Source: Mycobacterium sp.
GTDB lineage: Bacteria; Actinomycetota; Actinomycetes; Mycobacteriales; Mycobacteriaceae
Direction: 5' to 3'
Assembly: GCA_031292695.1 (NCBI GenBank)
Contig: JARLGS010000203.1
Coordinates: forward strand, 151-64,150
DNA: 64,000 bases
The position numbers were made by a program, and so were the translations under genes. Under the pieces are notes generated by a model. It was not told the origin of the DNA. It searched no databases and worked only from the letters and a program-made list of their open reading frames with translations. This document shows, piece by piece, positions 19,817 to 29,663 of the stretch. Position 1 is the first letter of the stretch, and the number at the start of each line of letters is the position of its first letter.

Positions 19817-20617
19817 TTACGCGGCGGAGATCCCGCCGTTGACACTGATTGCCTGACCGGTTAATCGCGCCGCCGCCGGGCTGCACAGGAACACCGTCAG
19901 CGCGGCAAGGTCATCCGCGGTCGGCACACCGAGGTCAGCCTGTTTCGCCGCACGGGCGAACAATTTTGCGCTGAACCCGTCGGCGGTGATGCGTTCGGTC
20001 GAAGCGGTGCCGTGGACCAGTGACGGCGTCAGCGCGTTGGCGCGGATACCGTAGCGCTTCTCTTCGATCGCAATCGTTCGGGTGAACATCACGATGGCGG
20101 CCTTGGCGGCACCGATGACCGCTTCCCCGGGCGTAGCAGTCTTTGCCGCGTCAGATGCCACGTTCACGATGACGCCGCATCTGCGGCTGCGCATGGCTGG
20201 CAGCACTGCACTGGCCATGTGCATCGACGGCAGCGCCAGTTGGGTCAACATGCGGCTGATGTCGGTCGTCGGAATATTGGTGAACAGTTCGGGCCGGACA
20301 TCTGCGGCGGTGGTGCACATCAGGATGTCGACACCGGACAGGACCTGATCCGCCTCCGCCGCGATAGCGGTTGCGGCGTCAGGATCGGTGGCGTCACCGG
20401 CGACGAAGTGTGCGGCGGCACCGAGTTCGGCGATCGACTTTGCGGCCAGTTGGCCGCGTTCGGCGTTGCGGCCGACGACTACGATCCTGGGTACGCCGGC
20501 GGCGGCGAGTGCCCGGGCTGAGGCAAGCCCGATGCCGGCGGTGCCCCCAACGATCAGAGCGGAGCATGCGCTGAGGTCTTTGGGCGCGGGCCTGTCGGCC
20601 GGGGTGTCGTCGGTCAT
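19817..20617 (-). CDS. SDR oxidoreductase, BadH-like, with atypical active site
   Basis: GGTAGIG, VASDAAK..PGEAVIGAAK (Ile where Tyr is expected), TGQAISVNGG. Confidence 0.8.
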   Translation of the reverse strand: MTDDTPADRPAPKDLSACSALIVGGTAGIGLASARALAAAGVPRIVVVGRNAERGQLAAKSIAELGAAAHFVAGDATDPDAATAIAAEADQVLSGVDILMCTTAADVRPELFTNIPTTDISRMLTQLALPSMHMASAVLPAMRSRRCGVIVNVASDAAKTATPGEAVIGAAKAAIVMFTRTIAIEEKRYGIRANALTPSLVHGTASTERITADGFSAKLFARAAKQADLGVPTADDLAALTVFLCSPAAARLTGQAISVNGGISAA

Positions 20618-21519
20618 GGTCTCGTCCTTGCTGCGGGATGCGCTGACACCCGCTGTAGCCAGTGGAGGAGGTCCTCGATCACCTCAGCGCGGTTGATCTC
20701 GTTGAGGATCTCATGTCGGCCGTCGTCGTATACGCGGACGGTCACGTCGTTGAGGCCGGCGGCGCGGTAGCGGTCCACCAGCGCCCACAGCAGGGTCAGC
20801 TCGCCGTTGACGGGGTCCTTCGACCCGACCGCCAGGTACACAGGCAGGTAGTGAGGGATGCGTGCCACCTCGTCGGGGTCGGCGAGGCGCCGGGCGCCGG
20901 CGAACATCTCTTTGACCGACGCGGCGTCGATGCCAAATCCGCACAGCGGATCAGCGATATACGCGTCGACGACCGACTCGTCGCGGGAGAGCCAATCGAA
21001 ATCGGTGCGCGCCGGCTGGAACGGGGTATTGAAGGCGGACAGGTCCAGATCGCTGGACAGGTCCAAGGCCGGTTCGAGAAGGTCGAGAGCCGCGGTTCCA
21101 GTGAGGGCGACCGCGTCGACTGCGCTGCCGTGATCCACCAGGAATTGTTGCGTCGCAAACGAACCCATGCTGTGGGCGACCACCGCGACTGGCAGTCCAG
21201 GGTGGTCTGATTTTGCTTGGGCGATAACCAGATTCAAATCGTCGACCAGTGCCGACCAGCCATTGTGCCCGAGCTGGCCGGGCTCGTCGTCGGCGGCCAG
21301 GGAGGCGCCGTGCCCGCGGTGGTCATGTCCGTACACCGCATAACCGTGGGCTGTGAGCGCATCGGCAACATGGTCATATCGGCGGAGGTGCTCACCCATA
21401 CCGTGTACGAGCACGACGACGCCCGAGTCCGTCTTGCCGTCATCGGCTGTCCAGCGAAAGCCGACGAGCTGCCTCCCGTCCGCGGCACGGTAGCTGAACG
21501 CGTCGGGAGCGGTTACCAT
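20614..21519 (-). CDS. Alpha/beta hydrolase (lysophospholipase / monoacylglycerol lipase family)
   Basis: HGMGEH, DHRGHG, AHSMG nucleophile, GSKDPV, RHEILNE. Confidence 0.88.
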   Translation of the reverse strand: MVTAPDAFSYRAADGRQLVGFRWTADDGKTDSGVVVLVHGMGEHLRRYDHVADALTAHGYAVYGHDHRGHGASLAADDEPGQLGHNGWSALVDDLNLVIAQAKSDHPGLPVAVVAHSMGSFATQQFLVDHGSAVDAVALTGTAALDLLEPALDLSSDLDLSAFNTPFQPARTDFDWLSRDESVVDAYIADPLCGFGIDAASVKEMFAGARRLADPDEVARIPHYLPVYLAVGSKDPVNGELTLLWALVDRYRAAGLNDVTVRVYDDGRHEILNEINRAEVIEDLLHWLQRVSAHPAARTRP

Positions 21520-21526
21520 GCCGGAA

Positions 21527-21556
21527 ACATTAGAATGGTCAGACCGAAACAGTCAA
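21527..21556 (-). promoter_or_regulatory. Promoter TTGACT-N18-TAATGT with operator in the spacer; probably leaderless
   Basis: 20-mer TAGAATGGTCAGACCGAAAC identical to 15497-15516. -10 lies 7 nt upstream of ATG 21519, with no RBS. Confidence 0.7.
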
Positions 21557-21936
21557 GACTTAGCGCGGCCGGTTACGGCAATGTTGGTGAGCCGGAAGGT
21601 GCAGAGTCGGAATCGAGCCAGGAGCGGTTGGCAGATGCTTACGCCAGAGTCGTGTGGAACACCCTCTACGCGCCGACCCGCCGAGGCAGCGGGTAACGGA
21701 CCGTCATCGTGTTGCTCTCCACCTTCACGGACGGTGCGCACACCCGTCGGCGGACAAGAGGGCATACGGCGTGCGAGTGCCATTCGGCCCAAGGACTGTC
21801 AACTTTGGGCACTATCGCCACCGACCTCGCCAAAGTTGACTCACCATATGAGCCCCCGATCGAATGAGGAGGCTGAAGTAATGCACGGATCCATCCGCGG
21901 CATGCTCGGCATGAGCACGACCACGGGCACACCGCG

Positions 21937-22167
21937 ATGACCGCCCGCGCACGGATTGTCTTCAACCGGTCGACCTGCGCCGGGATCGGGCTGTGCGAGA
22001 TGCACTCACCCGACGTGTTCAAGATCGACGACGACGGGTTGATGACTGTACAGACGGAGGTGGTAGACGCTTCCCGGCGCGCCGAGATGGAGGAAGCCGC
22101 GATGAGCTGCCCGACGCAGTCCATCCGGATCATCGACGACTCGACGTCCGGCGACAACCCGCTGTAA
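21937..22167 (+). CDS. [3Fe-4S]-type ferredoxin (P450 partner)
   Basis: CAGIGLC..PDVF..CPTQSI. Confidence 0.9.
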   Translation: MTARARIVFNRSTCAGIGLCEMHSPDVFKIDDDGLMTVQTEVVDASRRAEMEEAAMSCPTQSIRIIDDSTSGDNPL

Positions 22168-22186
22168 CGTCAGACAGCGTCACGAG

Positions 22187-23392
22187 ATGACTGAACTCGC
22201 CGAACTGCCCGCGACGGTCACCGAATGCGCCGAGCAGGCACGCGAACTGATGCGCGTGACCGCGGAGGTCCTCGGCGTCGAGGAGATCTACCCCATGTCC
22301 TCCGACACTGACCTCCACGCCCTAGACGAGGCGCTGTTGGCGGCCCGGCTCGGCTTGACCCAGCACCTCGAACTCGCGGCGTTGTCACCGCGACGCCAGC
22401 CCGACCATGTGGTAGCTGCGTTGATGTTGCGGTTAGAGCTGACCCAGTTGTCGATCAAGGACGCAATCCTGGCGGACCACCGCGATAAAGTCTGCGGCGC
22501 ACGGGAGGCGGTCAACAGGTTGCGGGGCGCGGTGTCGGCAGCGGACCTAGCCGAGCGCGCTCCGGTCGAGGCGCACCGGATGGGCTTCAGCCGCGTGCTG
22601 TTCTCCCGGATTCAGCGCGGAATATGGTTCGCATGTTCGGCTTTCGCCGGCGCGGACGAAGAACTCGCGCAGCGCATGGTCTCGGTAGGACTCGCTAACC
22701 CGCGGCGGCTGAGCGGTCCCTTGCCGGAGAACGAAATGGTCCGCCGCGGCGTCCCCATTCTGGTACGCGACGCGCAATCCAACCCGCATGTGCATCCGGA
22801 ATTGGTTGCGCTGACCAAGACCACGACGTATGTCGCCGCGCCGGTGTTCAGCTGGGGAAAGCCGATCGCATTCCTGCACGCCGATCGGGACACCGATGAG
22901 TCCGGCGTACAACCATTCGACCGCGACGTGCTCGGGATGTTTGCAGAAGGCCTCGGTGTGGCGTTCGAGCGCAATCTGATGGTCGACCGGCTTCAGGCCA
23001 TGCGGCGGGCCGCCGACGACCACTTGCGTGCTGCGAACACCCTCGCCGATGAGTTCACCCTTGAAGTCATGGACCTTGCCGAGCCCGCGACCAAGCCCGT
23101 CGAACGCCTGCTCAGCGTGGAGCTGGCCCAGCCGATGACCGAACATCACTATCGCGAGGTATCCGGTGCCCTGACTGCCCGCGAAGCCGATGTGTTGCGC
23201 GGGTTGGCTGCGGGCAAGACCAACGCGCAGATTGCGGTCAGCCTTGTCGTCACGGAGGGCACGATCAAGACGCACGTCAAGCACATTCTGCGAAAGCTCG
23301 GAGCGACCAACCGCACCGAAGCTGTGGCCAGGTATCACCGAATGCGCAACTCGTCGAGGGATGTATCGCAGACGGCTGGTTTTCGGCCGTGA
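22187..23392 (+). CDS. GAF + LuxR-HTH regulator (pair 2, gene A)
   Basis: MGFSRVLFS..YVAAPV..FLHAD. LTAREADV..KTNAQIA..EGTIKTHVKHI. Confidence 0.88.
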   Translation: MTELAELPATVTECAEQARELMRVTAEVLGVEEIYPMSSDTDLHALDEALLAARLGLTQHLELAALSPRRQPDHVVAALMLRLELTQLSIKDAILADHRDKVCGAREAVNRLRGAVSAADLAERAPVEAHRMGFSRVLFSRIQRGIWFACSAFAGADEELAQRMVSVGLANPRRLSGPLPENEMVRRGVPILVRDAQSNPHVHPELVALTKTTTYVAAPVFSWGKPIAFLHADRDTDESGVQPFDRDVLGMFAEGLGVAFERNLMVDRLQAMRRAADDHLRAANTLADEFTLEVMDLAEPATKPVERLLSVELAQPMTEHHYREVSGALTAREADVLRGLAAGKTNAQIAVSLVVTEGTIKTHVKHILRKLGATNRTEAVARYHRMRNSSRDVSQTAGFRP

Positions 23393-24321
23393 CGTCACCG
23401 CGCGATGGTCTCGCCCGCTTGGTCGACGCCGCTGACGTGCTCCCTGCGCGGTCGGGGGAAGCAGTTACCGTCGCCAAGGAAGCGCTGGCGCGGCTGCGGC
23501 TGGTATTCGACAATTCTGAACTCGCCGAACGGATTCCAGGCGAAGTGCACCGGATGGGCTTCACCCGTATTCTGTTCTCGTACATCCGGCACAACACCTG
23601 GTTCGTGCGGTCCGCCTACGCCGCCGACGACGACCAACTGGCGGCGACGATGCTGCAAGTGGGTCGCGCGCATCCCCGTAGGCTTCGCCGGCCCCTACCC
23701 GAGTGTGAAATGGTGCTCAGCGGATCACCCATCCTCATCGAGAACCCGCGTTCCGACCCGCGGCTGCACTCCGAGCTGGTCGCAGTCACCAACCCGAAGG
23801 CCTACGTCGCGGCGCCGGTGTACGCGTGGCAGACGCCGGTGGGTTTGCTGCACGCCGATGCACCGACGGAGACCGGCGATGTCGATGTGGCCGAGCGCGA
23901 CCTGCTTGGCCTGTTCGCCGAAGGAGTCGGCGCTATCTTCGAGCGGAACCTGGTTCTGGAGCGCCTGCGCGCGATGCGTGGCGCTGTCGAGGAGCACACC
24001 CACAAGATCGGGGCACTTGCCGAGGCGTTCGAGGATGAGCTGTGGGACAACATGGATCTGCTGGCCGACGCCGATCCGACCGGCGGCGCGCAGGGCGTCT
24101 GTAGGCGGGAAGGCAATATCATCGCGGAGCTGACGCTGCGGGAGAAGCAGGTGCTACAAATGCTGGCGACGGGCAAGACCAACGCGCAGATCGCGGATCG
24201 GCTGTTTATTGCCGAGGGCACCGTGAAGTCCCATGTCAAGCACATCATGGAGAAGCTGGGCGCGAGCAACCGTACCGACGCCGTCCGCAAGTACCAAGCG
24301 TGGGACGCGGCGCTGTTCTGA
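23389..24321 (+). CDS. GAF + LuxR-HTH regulator (pair 2, gene B)
   Basis: MGFTRILFS..YVAAPV..LLHAD. LTLREKQV..KTNAQIA..EGTVKSHVKHI. GTGA overlap with gene A. Confidence 0.88.
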   Translation: MTSPRDGLARLVDAADVLPARSGEAVTVAKEALARLRLVFDNSELAERIPGEVHRMGFTRILFSYIRHNTWFVRSAYAADDDQLAATMLQVGRAHPRRLRRPLPECEMVLSGSPILIENPRSDPRLHSELVAVTNPKAYVAAPVYAWQTPVGLLHADAPTETGDVDVAERDLLGLFAEGVGAIFERNLVLERLRAMRGAVEEHTHKIGALAEAFEDELWDNMDLLADADPTGGAQGVCRREGNIIAELTLREKQVLQMLATGKTNAQIADRLFIAEGTVKSHVKHIMEKLGASNRTDAVRKYQAWDAALF

Positions 24322-24327
24322 TCGCGA

Positions 24328-25434
24328 TCAGAACCGGATCATTCCACGGATGTTGCGTCCTTCCAGCATGTCTCGAAAGCCATCGTTGATCTCCTCGAGC
24401 GTGTACTCCCTGGTCACCAGCTCGTCCAGCTTGAGTTGACCCAGGTCGTACATCTCCAGATATCTCGGGATGTCGTGATGCGGGTTCGACGAACCGAACA
24501 ACGACCCGTGAATGGACTTCTCATACAACGTCAACTCGAACAACGAGGCGGTGACGTCCAGCGCGGTGGGATGGCCGATCGCCGTCACGATGACCTTTCC
24601 GCGTTTGCCGACCAGGCTCAGCGCCTCACCGACATAGGCGCCCTCGGCCACATCGGTGGTGATCACACACGCGTCCGCCAGCCGCCCGCGGGTGAGCTCG
24701 GTGAGCAGCGGCAGCGCCTCGGCCGCTGTGGCCACCGTGTGGGTTGCCCCGAACTCCAGCGCCTTCTGACGCTTGAACTCCACCGGATCCACCGCCACCA
24801 CATATCGGGCGCCCGCGATCCCGGCCCCTTGGATTGCGTTGCTGCCGATCCCGCCCACACCGAGTACCACCACCGTGTCGCCGGGACGAACCTTGGCGGT
24901 ATTGACCACGCTGCCAAAGCCGGTGGGAACACAGCAACCAACCAGAGCGGCCCGATCAAGCCTGCTGCCCTGATCCACCTTCACCACCGACGCCATCGGC
25001 ACAACCGTGTAATCCGCGAAGGTGCCAAGGACACACATCTGACCGACATCGTGCCCGCGGGCGTGAAAGCGGTAGGTCCCGTCCAGTTGCGGACCCTGGA
25101 CGATGGCGGCCCCAAGATCGCACAGATTAGTCATCCCGCGCGAACAGTACGAGCAGCGGCCACACGCCGGCAGGAAGCTCAACACGACCGAATCGCCTTC
25201 CTCGACGTCGGTGACGTCTGGGCCCACTCCGGCCACGACACCGGCACCTTCGTGACCACCGACGAAGGGAAGCGGCACCGGGATATCCCCGGTGACCAAG
25301 TGATAGTCCGAATGGCACAGACCACTGGCCGTCAATTTGACCAGAACTTCACCGGACCGCGGCGGATCGAGTTCGACCTCTTCGACCTGCCATTTCTCCT
25401 GAACTCCCCACAGAATCGCAGCTTTGGTTTTCAT
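24328..25434 (-). CDS. NDMA-dependent (nicotinoprotein) Zn alcohol dehydrogenase
   Basis: MKTKAAILW, GLCHSD, GGHEGAG, CGRCSYC, GCCVPTGFGS, GSLFGSSNP, GRNIRG. Confidence 0.85.
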   Translation of the reverse strand: MKTKAAILWGVQEKWQVEEVELDPPRSGEVLVKLTASGLCHSDYHLVTGDIPVPLPFVGGHEGAGVVAGVGPDVTDVEEGDSVVLSFLPACGRCSYCSRGMTNLCDLGAAIVQGPQLDGTYRFHARGHDVGQMCVLGTFADYTVVPMASVVKVDQGSRLDRAALVGCCVPTGFGSVVNTAKVRPGDTVVVLGVGGIGSNAIQGAGIAGARYVVAVDPVEFKRQKALEFGATHTVATAAEALPLLTELTRGRLADACVITTDVAEGAYVGEALSLVGKRGKVIVTAIGHPTALDVTASLFELTLYEKSIHGSLFGSSNPHHDIPRYLEMYDLGQLKLDELVTREYTLEEINDGFRDMLEGRNIRGMIRF

Positions 25435-25716
25435 GGTGCTTCCGTTTCGCGTCGATACGGCCATCGGACGGGAACGTTGGAGCCCACGTCGCGATCGATT
25501 AGCAGCCATGCTGTCGGTGCCGAGCAGCGTGCGCATCTGCCAGAGGTGGTGTTTCTCATATTCCGTCCGGGATAGTGAGCCGGAACATACCTACTTAGTG
25601 GCAGCATTTTTGATCCCATCAGGCGATGTGCCGCCAAGTACGCGGGCGTAGCGTCTTGTCCATGCGGCCCGCGAATCTTCGCCGGCTCAGACCATCGAGA
25701 GTTGAGGTACAACCCC

Positions 25717-26991
25717 ATGACTACTGCGACGGAAGGTATTAACACCAACCTGAATTCGCTGAAATTCTGGGCGCTGCCGCGGTCCGCACACCACGACACG
25801 TTCCGGTGGCTGCGCGCGAACAAGCCGGTGAGCTGGAACGGCCCGCCTGACTCACTGGACCCGAACCTGGACAACGCCAAGGGATTCTGGTCGGTGGTCA
25901 AACACGCGCACATCGCCGAGATCTCACGCAAACCCGAGGTGTTCAGCTCCGCTCAGGGTGTGTTCGTCGACGATTTTCCGCAATTGGAGACGATGCTGTC
26001 GTTTATCGTGACGGACCCACCCCGTCACACCGAGATGCGCAATATCGTCAGCGTGGCCTTCACGCCTCGCAACATCGCCAAGATGTCCGACAAGATCGGT
26101 GGCATCGTCCAGGGAATCATCGACAACGTCGCCCCGTTGGGTGGCGGCGATCTTTGCGAGCTGATCACCAAGGAGGTCCCCGGCCGCGTTTTCGCCAGCA
26201 TGCTGGGCATCACGGACGAAAACCAGATTCAGTACGTGATGGACGCGGCCGAGCAGTTCGCGTGCTGGAACGATCCCGAGTACGCCCACATCGGCTCCCC
26301 GCTGTTCGTGTTCGCCGATGCGTCACAGAAGCTGGCCACGCTCGCACTCGAACTGGTCCCCGACCGAAAGAAGAATCCCGGCGACGATCTGCTCACCTGG
26401 GTAGCCCAGGCCCAATATGAGGGCCATAAGTTGTCCACCGAGGAGGTCGGGGTCTTCTTCTCTCTGTTGGCCGCTGGCGCGAATGACACCACCCGCCATG
26501 CCATGGCGCACGTCCTGACGCTGTTCCAGCAGCACCCGGACCAGCTCGCCTACCTGATGGAAGATTTCGAAGCCCGGGTCGACGATGCCGTCAACGAAGC
26601 GTTGCGGATGGAGCCACCACTGATGCATTTCCGCCGTACCGCGTTGCGCGACTACGAAATCGGCGGGGTGACCATCAAAGAGGGCGACAAGGTGGTGATG
26701 TGGTACATCTCGAGCAACCGCGACGAGGACGTCTTCGACCATCCCGACGTCTTCGACATCTCGCGCACGGCCAAGCACAACCCGCACCAGGCCTTCGGCG
26801 GTGGCGGACCGCACTACTGCCTCGGTCACATGCTGGGACGGGCAGTCCTCAAGGCGCAGATGCGCGAGATCTACAGCCGCATGAAGAATCTCGAGGTCGG
26901 AGAGCGTGAAGTGCTGCTCTCCAACTTCATGAACGGGGTCAAGCGGCTGCCCGCGACCTGGACACCGGAAAAGCGCGCACCCGCCACGTAA
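25717..26991 (+). CDS. Cytochrome P450 (CYP124/125/142-like clade)
   Basis: TDPPRH, I-helix AAGANDTT, EALR, FRRTA, FGGGGPHYCLG heme ligand. Confidence 0.92.
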   Translation: MTTATEGINTNLNSLKFWALPRSAHHDTFRWLRANKPVSWNGPPDSLDPNLDNAKGFWSVVKHAHIAEISRKPEVFSSAQGVFVDDFPQLETMLSFIVTDPPRHTEMRNIVSVAFTPRNIAKMSDKIGGIVQGIIDNVAPLGGGDLCELITKEVPGRVFASMLGITDENQIQYVMDAAEQFACWNDPEYAHIGSPLFVFADASQKLATLALELVPDRKKNPGDDLLTWVAQAQYEGHKLSTEEVGVFFSLLAAGANDTTRHAMAHVLTLFQQHPDQLAYLMEDFEARVDDAVNEALRMEPPLMHFRRTALRDYEIGGVTIKEGDKVVMWYISSNRDEDVFDHPDVFDISRTAKHNPHQAFGGGGPHYCLGHMLGRAVLKAQMREIYSRMKNLEVGEREVLLSNFMNGVKRLPATWTPEKRAPAT

Positions 26992-27410
26992 AAACGGCCA
27001 GCCCTATCGGGCGCTGGAGTGGTTGAGATTCCGGACGTAGTTGAGGTGGCGGCCATTCGGATCTCATTGAGAAGCAGATGCTGGATCGGCACGGACCACC
27101 CCGCGGAGTAGTGCGACTCAAACGTCATCTCACGGCCTTGCTCATCGACGAATCGGCCGCGAGCCGCACGATGGACCATCTCGTCAGCCGGCCGAGGTTC
27201 GCAACCCTTGCCGCCGACTGCGTGGCCAGTGTCACGGCGAGTGCCCTGAGGAAGCAGGAGTAGCGACTACTCGACTTGCGGACGCCCGGCTGCGAGACGA
27301 CCGGCATTAGGTATGGACATCTTCCACACCGCCGGTGCCGCTGGGGTCGGGGCAATTGCGATGAAGATAGGAAGCCACGGCCTCAAAGTGGAGTGGCGGT
27401 AGCGCCGTGG

Positions 27411-28572
27411 TCAGAGCTCCCGGGCGACGAGTTCCTTCAAGATCTCGCTGGTGCCGCCGTAGATCTTTTGCACTCGTGCGGCGGCGTACATCTGCGCGAT
27501 GGGGTATTCCACGATGTACCCGTAGCCGCCGAAGATCTTCAGGCATTTGTCGACGACCTTGCACTGCATGTCGGTCGCCCAGACCTTGGCCATCGACGCG
27601 GTCGCCGCGTCGAGAGTGCCCTCCAGGTATCTCTCGATGCAGTAATCTATCAGTGTTTTACCGGCCAGGACATCGGCCTTGCATTCGGCCAGAACGAATT
27701 TGGTGTTCTGGTAGTCGAGGATGGGGCGCCCGAACGCGTGACGTTCCTTGGCGTATTTGACCGCTTCCAGCACGGCGGCCTCGGCCATCGCAACGCCGCC
27801 GATCGCGATGCTCAGACGCTCCCGGGGGAGTTGCTTCATCAGTTGGTAGAAACCCTGCCCCTCCAGGCCCCCGAGGAGATTCCGCGCTGGCACGCGCATA
27901 TCGGTAAATGCCAGCTCGCGGGTGTCCTGTCCATGCTGTCCGATTTTCTGCAGTACCCGGCCGCGTTCGAACCCGGTCTGACCGTTGGTCTCGACGACGA
28001 ACAACGAGATTCCCTTGGCGCCCTGGCTCGGGTCTGTCTTCACCACGACGATTAGTAGATCGCAATGGGATCCGTTGGAGATGAACGTCTTCGACCCATT
28101 GATCACGTAATCGTCGCCGTCGCGAACGGCGTTGGTGCGCACCGCCTGCAGATCCGAGCCGGTACCGGGCTCGGTCATCGCGATAGCCAGCACCGCCTCG
28201 CCTGTCGTCACCCGTGGCAGCCAGCGCGATTCTGCTGCTCAGTGCCGAACGCGTAGATGTAATGCGCGCAGACTGTGGAATGCACGGCGAAGCCGAATGC
28301 CGAGTCTCCGGAGAGAAACTGAGTTCGTACTGAATCACTGCCTCGTGTCCGAAATTGCCGTCACCACCACCGTACTGATCAGGTAGCTCCATACAGAGCA
28401 GCCCCGCGGCGCCTGCCTTGTTCCAAAAATCACGGTCAACCTGATGCTGTTCGGCCCAGCGTACTTGATTAGGAGTGGCCTCTTTATGGAAGAACGCTGA
28501 CGCGTGCTTGCGGAGCAGCCGGTGGTCATCGGTTTCCCACCGAGAGCGGTAGTCGGGAAACAGTTCAGACAT
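27411..28572 (-). pseudogene. Acyl-CoA dehydrogenase (long-chain type) with two frameshifts
   Basis: Frameshifts near 28312 (TC repeat) and 28229. Repaired text reads ..SGDSAFGFAVHSTVCAHYIYAFGTEQQ.SRWLPRVTTGEAVLAIAMTEPGTGSDL..GGYGY..IYGGTSEI. Confidence 0.85.
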
Positions 28573-28827
28573 GTCTTTCAACTTTCCGGTGAATTTGTGC
28601 GGATCTCGCGTAAGTACGCACCCTCGTCCTTCCGGCGGTCGTCGGATTGCAAGGCGACATAGAAGTTAAGGCTGCGGGTTCGCAGTGCCCATTGTCGGCT
28701 GACCGAAATTCTCATCGGTGTATGTGAACTGCGCACAAGGCTGGTTCGGTGGTCGCTGTCCGAGGGCGGAGCAGTCGACGCGGGATCGTCTGCTTGCCAC
28801 TACCTGGAGTCATTGGCGGCTCCGTGG

Positions 28828-29640
28828 TCATAACGGAGTCGCTGTGGCGCCGGCTCGGCCGCGATCGGCTTTGTCGAAGAACTGCTGGGATCGCTCCATC
28901 ACCGTGGCGTTTCCGCCACACAGCGCGTAGCCCCACATCGCTTCGACGCGCAGCTGGTCGTACAGTGGGCGCCCGATGATCTCGAGCACCGTCTCCTTGG
29001 CCGACTCGATCGCGGCCTGATCGCAGCGCAGGATCCGCTGCACCAAGGCGTCGGTTTCCTCCATCAGCTTGTCGTGCGGGACCACCCGGGCAACCATGTT
29101 CGCGGTCAGCGCCCGTTCGGCGGAGATCGGCTCACCGGTGAGCAGCAGCTCCAGCGCCACGCCGACACCACAGGTGTTGACCAGACGCGGGATTCCCCCG
29201 TCGGCCGGATGCATTCCGCGACGCACCTCGAAGGTGCCGAATTGTGCACGGTCAGAGGCGATGCGGATGTCGCACGCCATCGCCAGCTCGACGCCATGCC
29301 CGACGCACCAGCCGTTGATCGCGGCGACGATGGGCTTGGTGATGCGCGACAGCGGTCCTCGGGTGATCCCGCACAGACCGTCCTCGAGGCGTTCGCGGCC
29401 GACCATCGGTCCGACGGTCTGCCACTCGGGCGCATGGGTTTTCAGGTCGGCGCCGGCGGTGAACGCATCGCCGGTGCCGGTGATGACCGCGACTCGCAGC
29501 GCGGGGTCGTCACGGAAGTCACGCCACATGTCACACATCAACTCGTGGGATTCGATGTCGATGGCGTTCTTGACTTCTGGGCGGTTGAGCGCGATGTACG
29601 CGACCTCACCGCGCTTCTCGTAGAGCACTTTTGCGGTCAT
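28828..29640 (-). CDS. Enoyl-CoA hydratase/isomerase
   Basis: NRPEVKNAI, FTAGADL, KPIVAAING, GVELAMACD, EVRRG. Confidence 0.88.
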   Translation of the reverse strand: MTAKVLYEKRGEVAYIALNRPEVKNAIDIESHELMCDMWRDFRDDPALRVAVITGTGDAFTAGADLKTHAPEWQTVGPMVGRERLEDGLCGITRGPLSRITKPIVAAINGWCVGHGVELAMACDIRIASDRAQFGTFEVRRGMHPADGGIPRLVNTCGVGVALELLLTGEPISAERALTANMVARVVPHDKLMEETDALVQRILRCDQAAIESAKETVLEIIGRPLYDQLRVEAMWGYALCGGNATVMERSQQFFDKADRGRAGATATPL

Positions 29641-29663
29641 GAGAGGATCCCTCTGTTTGATGA

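Noticed and set aside
15497-21550. Identical 20-mers as a CRISPR relic or attL/attR pair
   Set aside because: Only two copies, no cas or integrase gene, and both coincide with promoter spacers containing the operator core.
25717-26991. Cholesterol catabolism (CYP125/hsa/mce4)
   Set aside because: No KstR boxes and no ksh, kstD or hsaAC genes were seen. The mce operon looks mce3-like.
26992-27410. Short ORFs between the P450 and the acyl-CoA dehydrogenase pseudogene
   Set aside because: No RBS or family motif that I can recognise. Possibly a gene relic, but unsupported.
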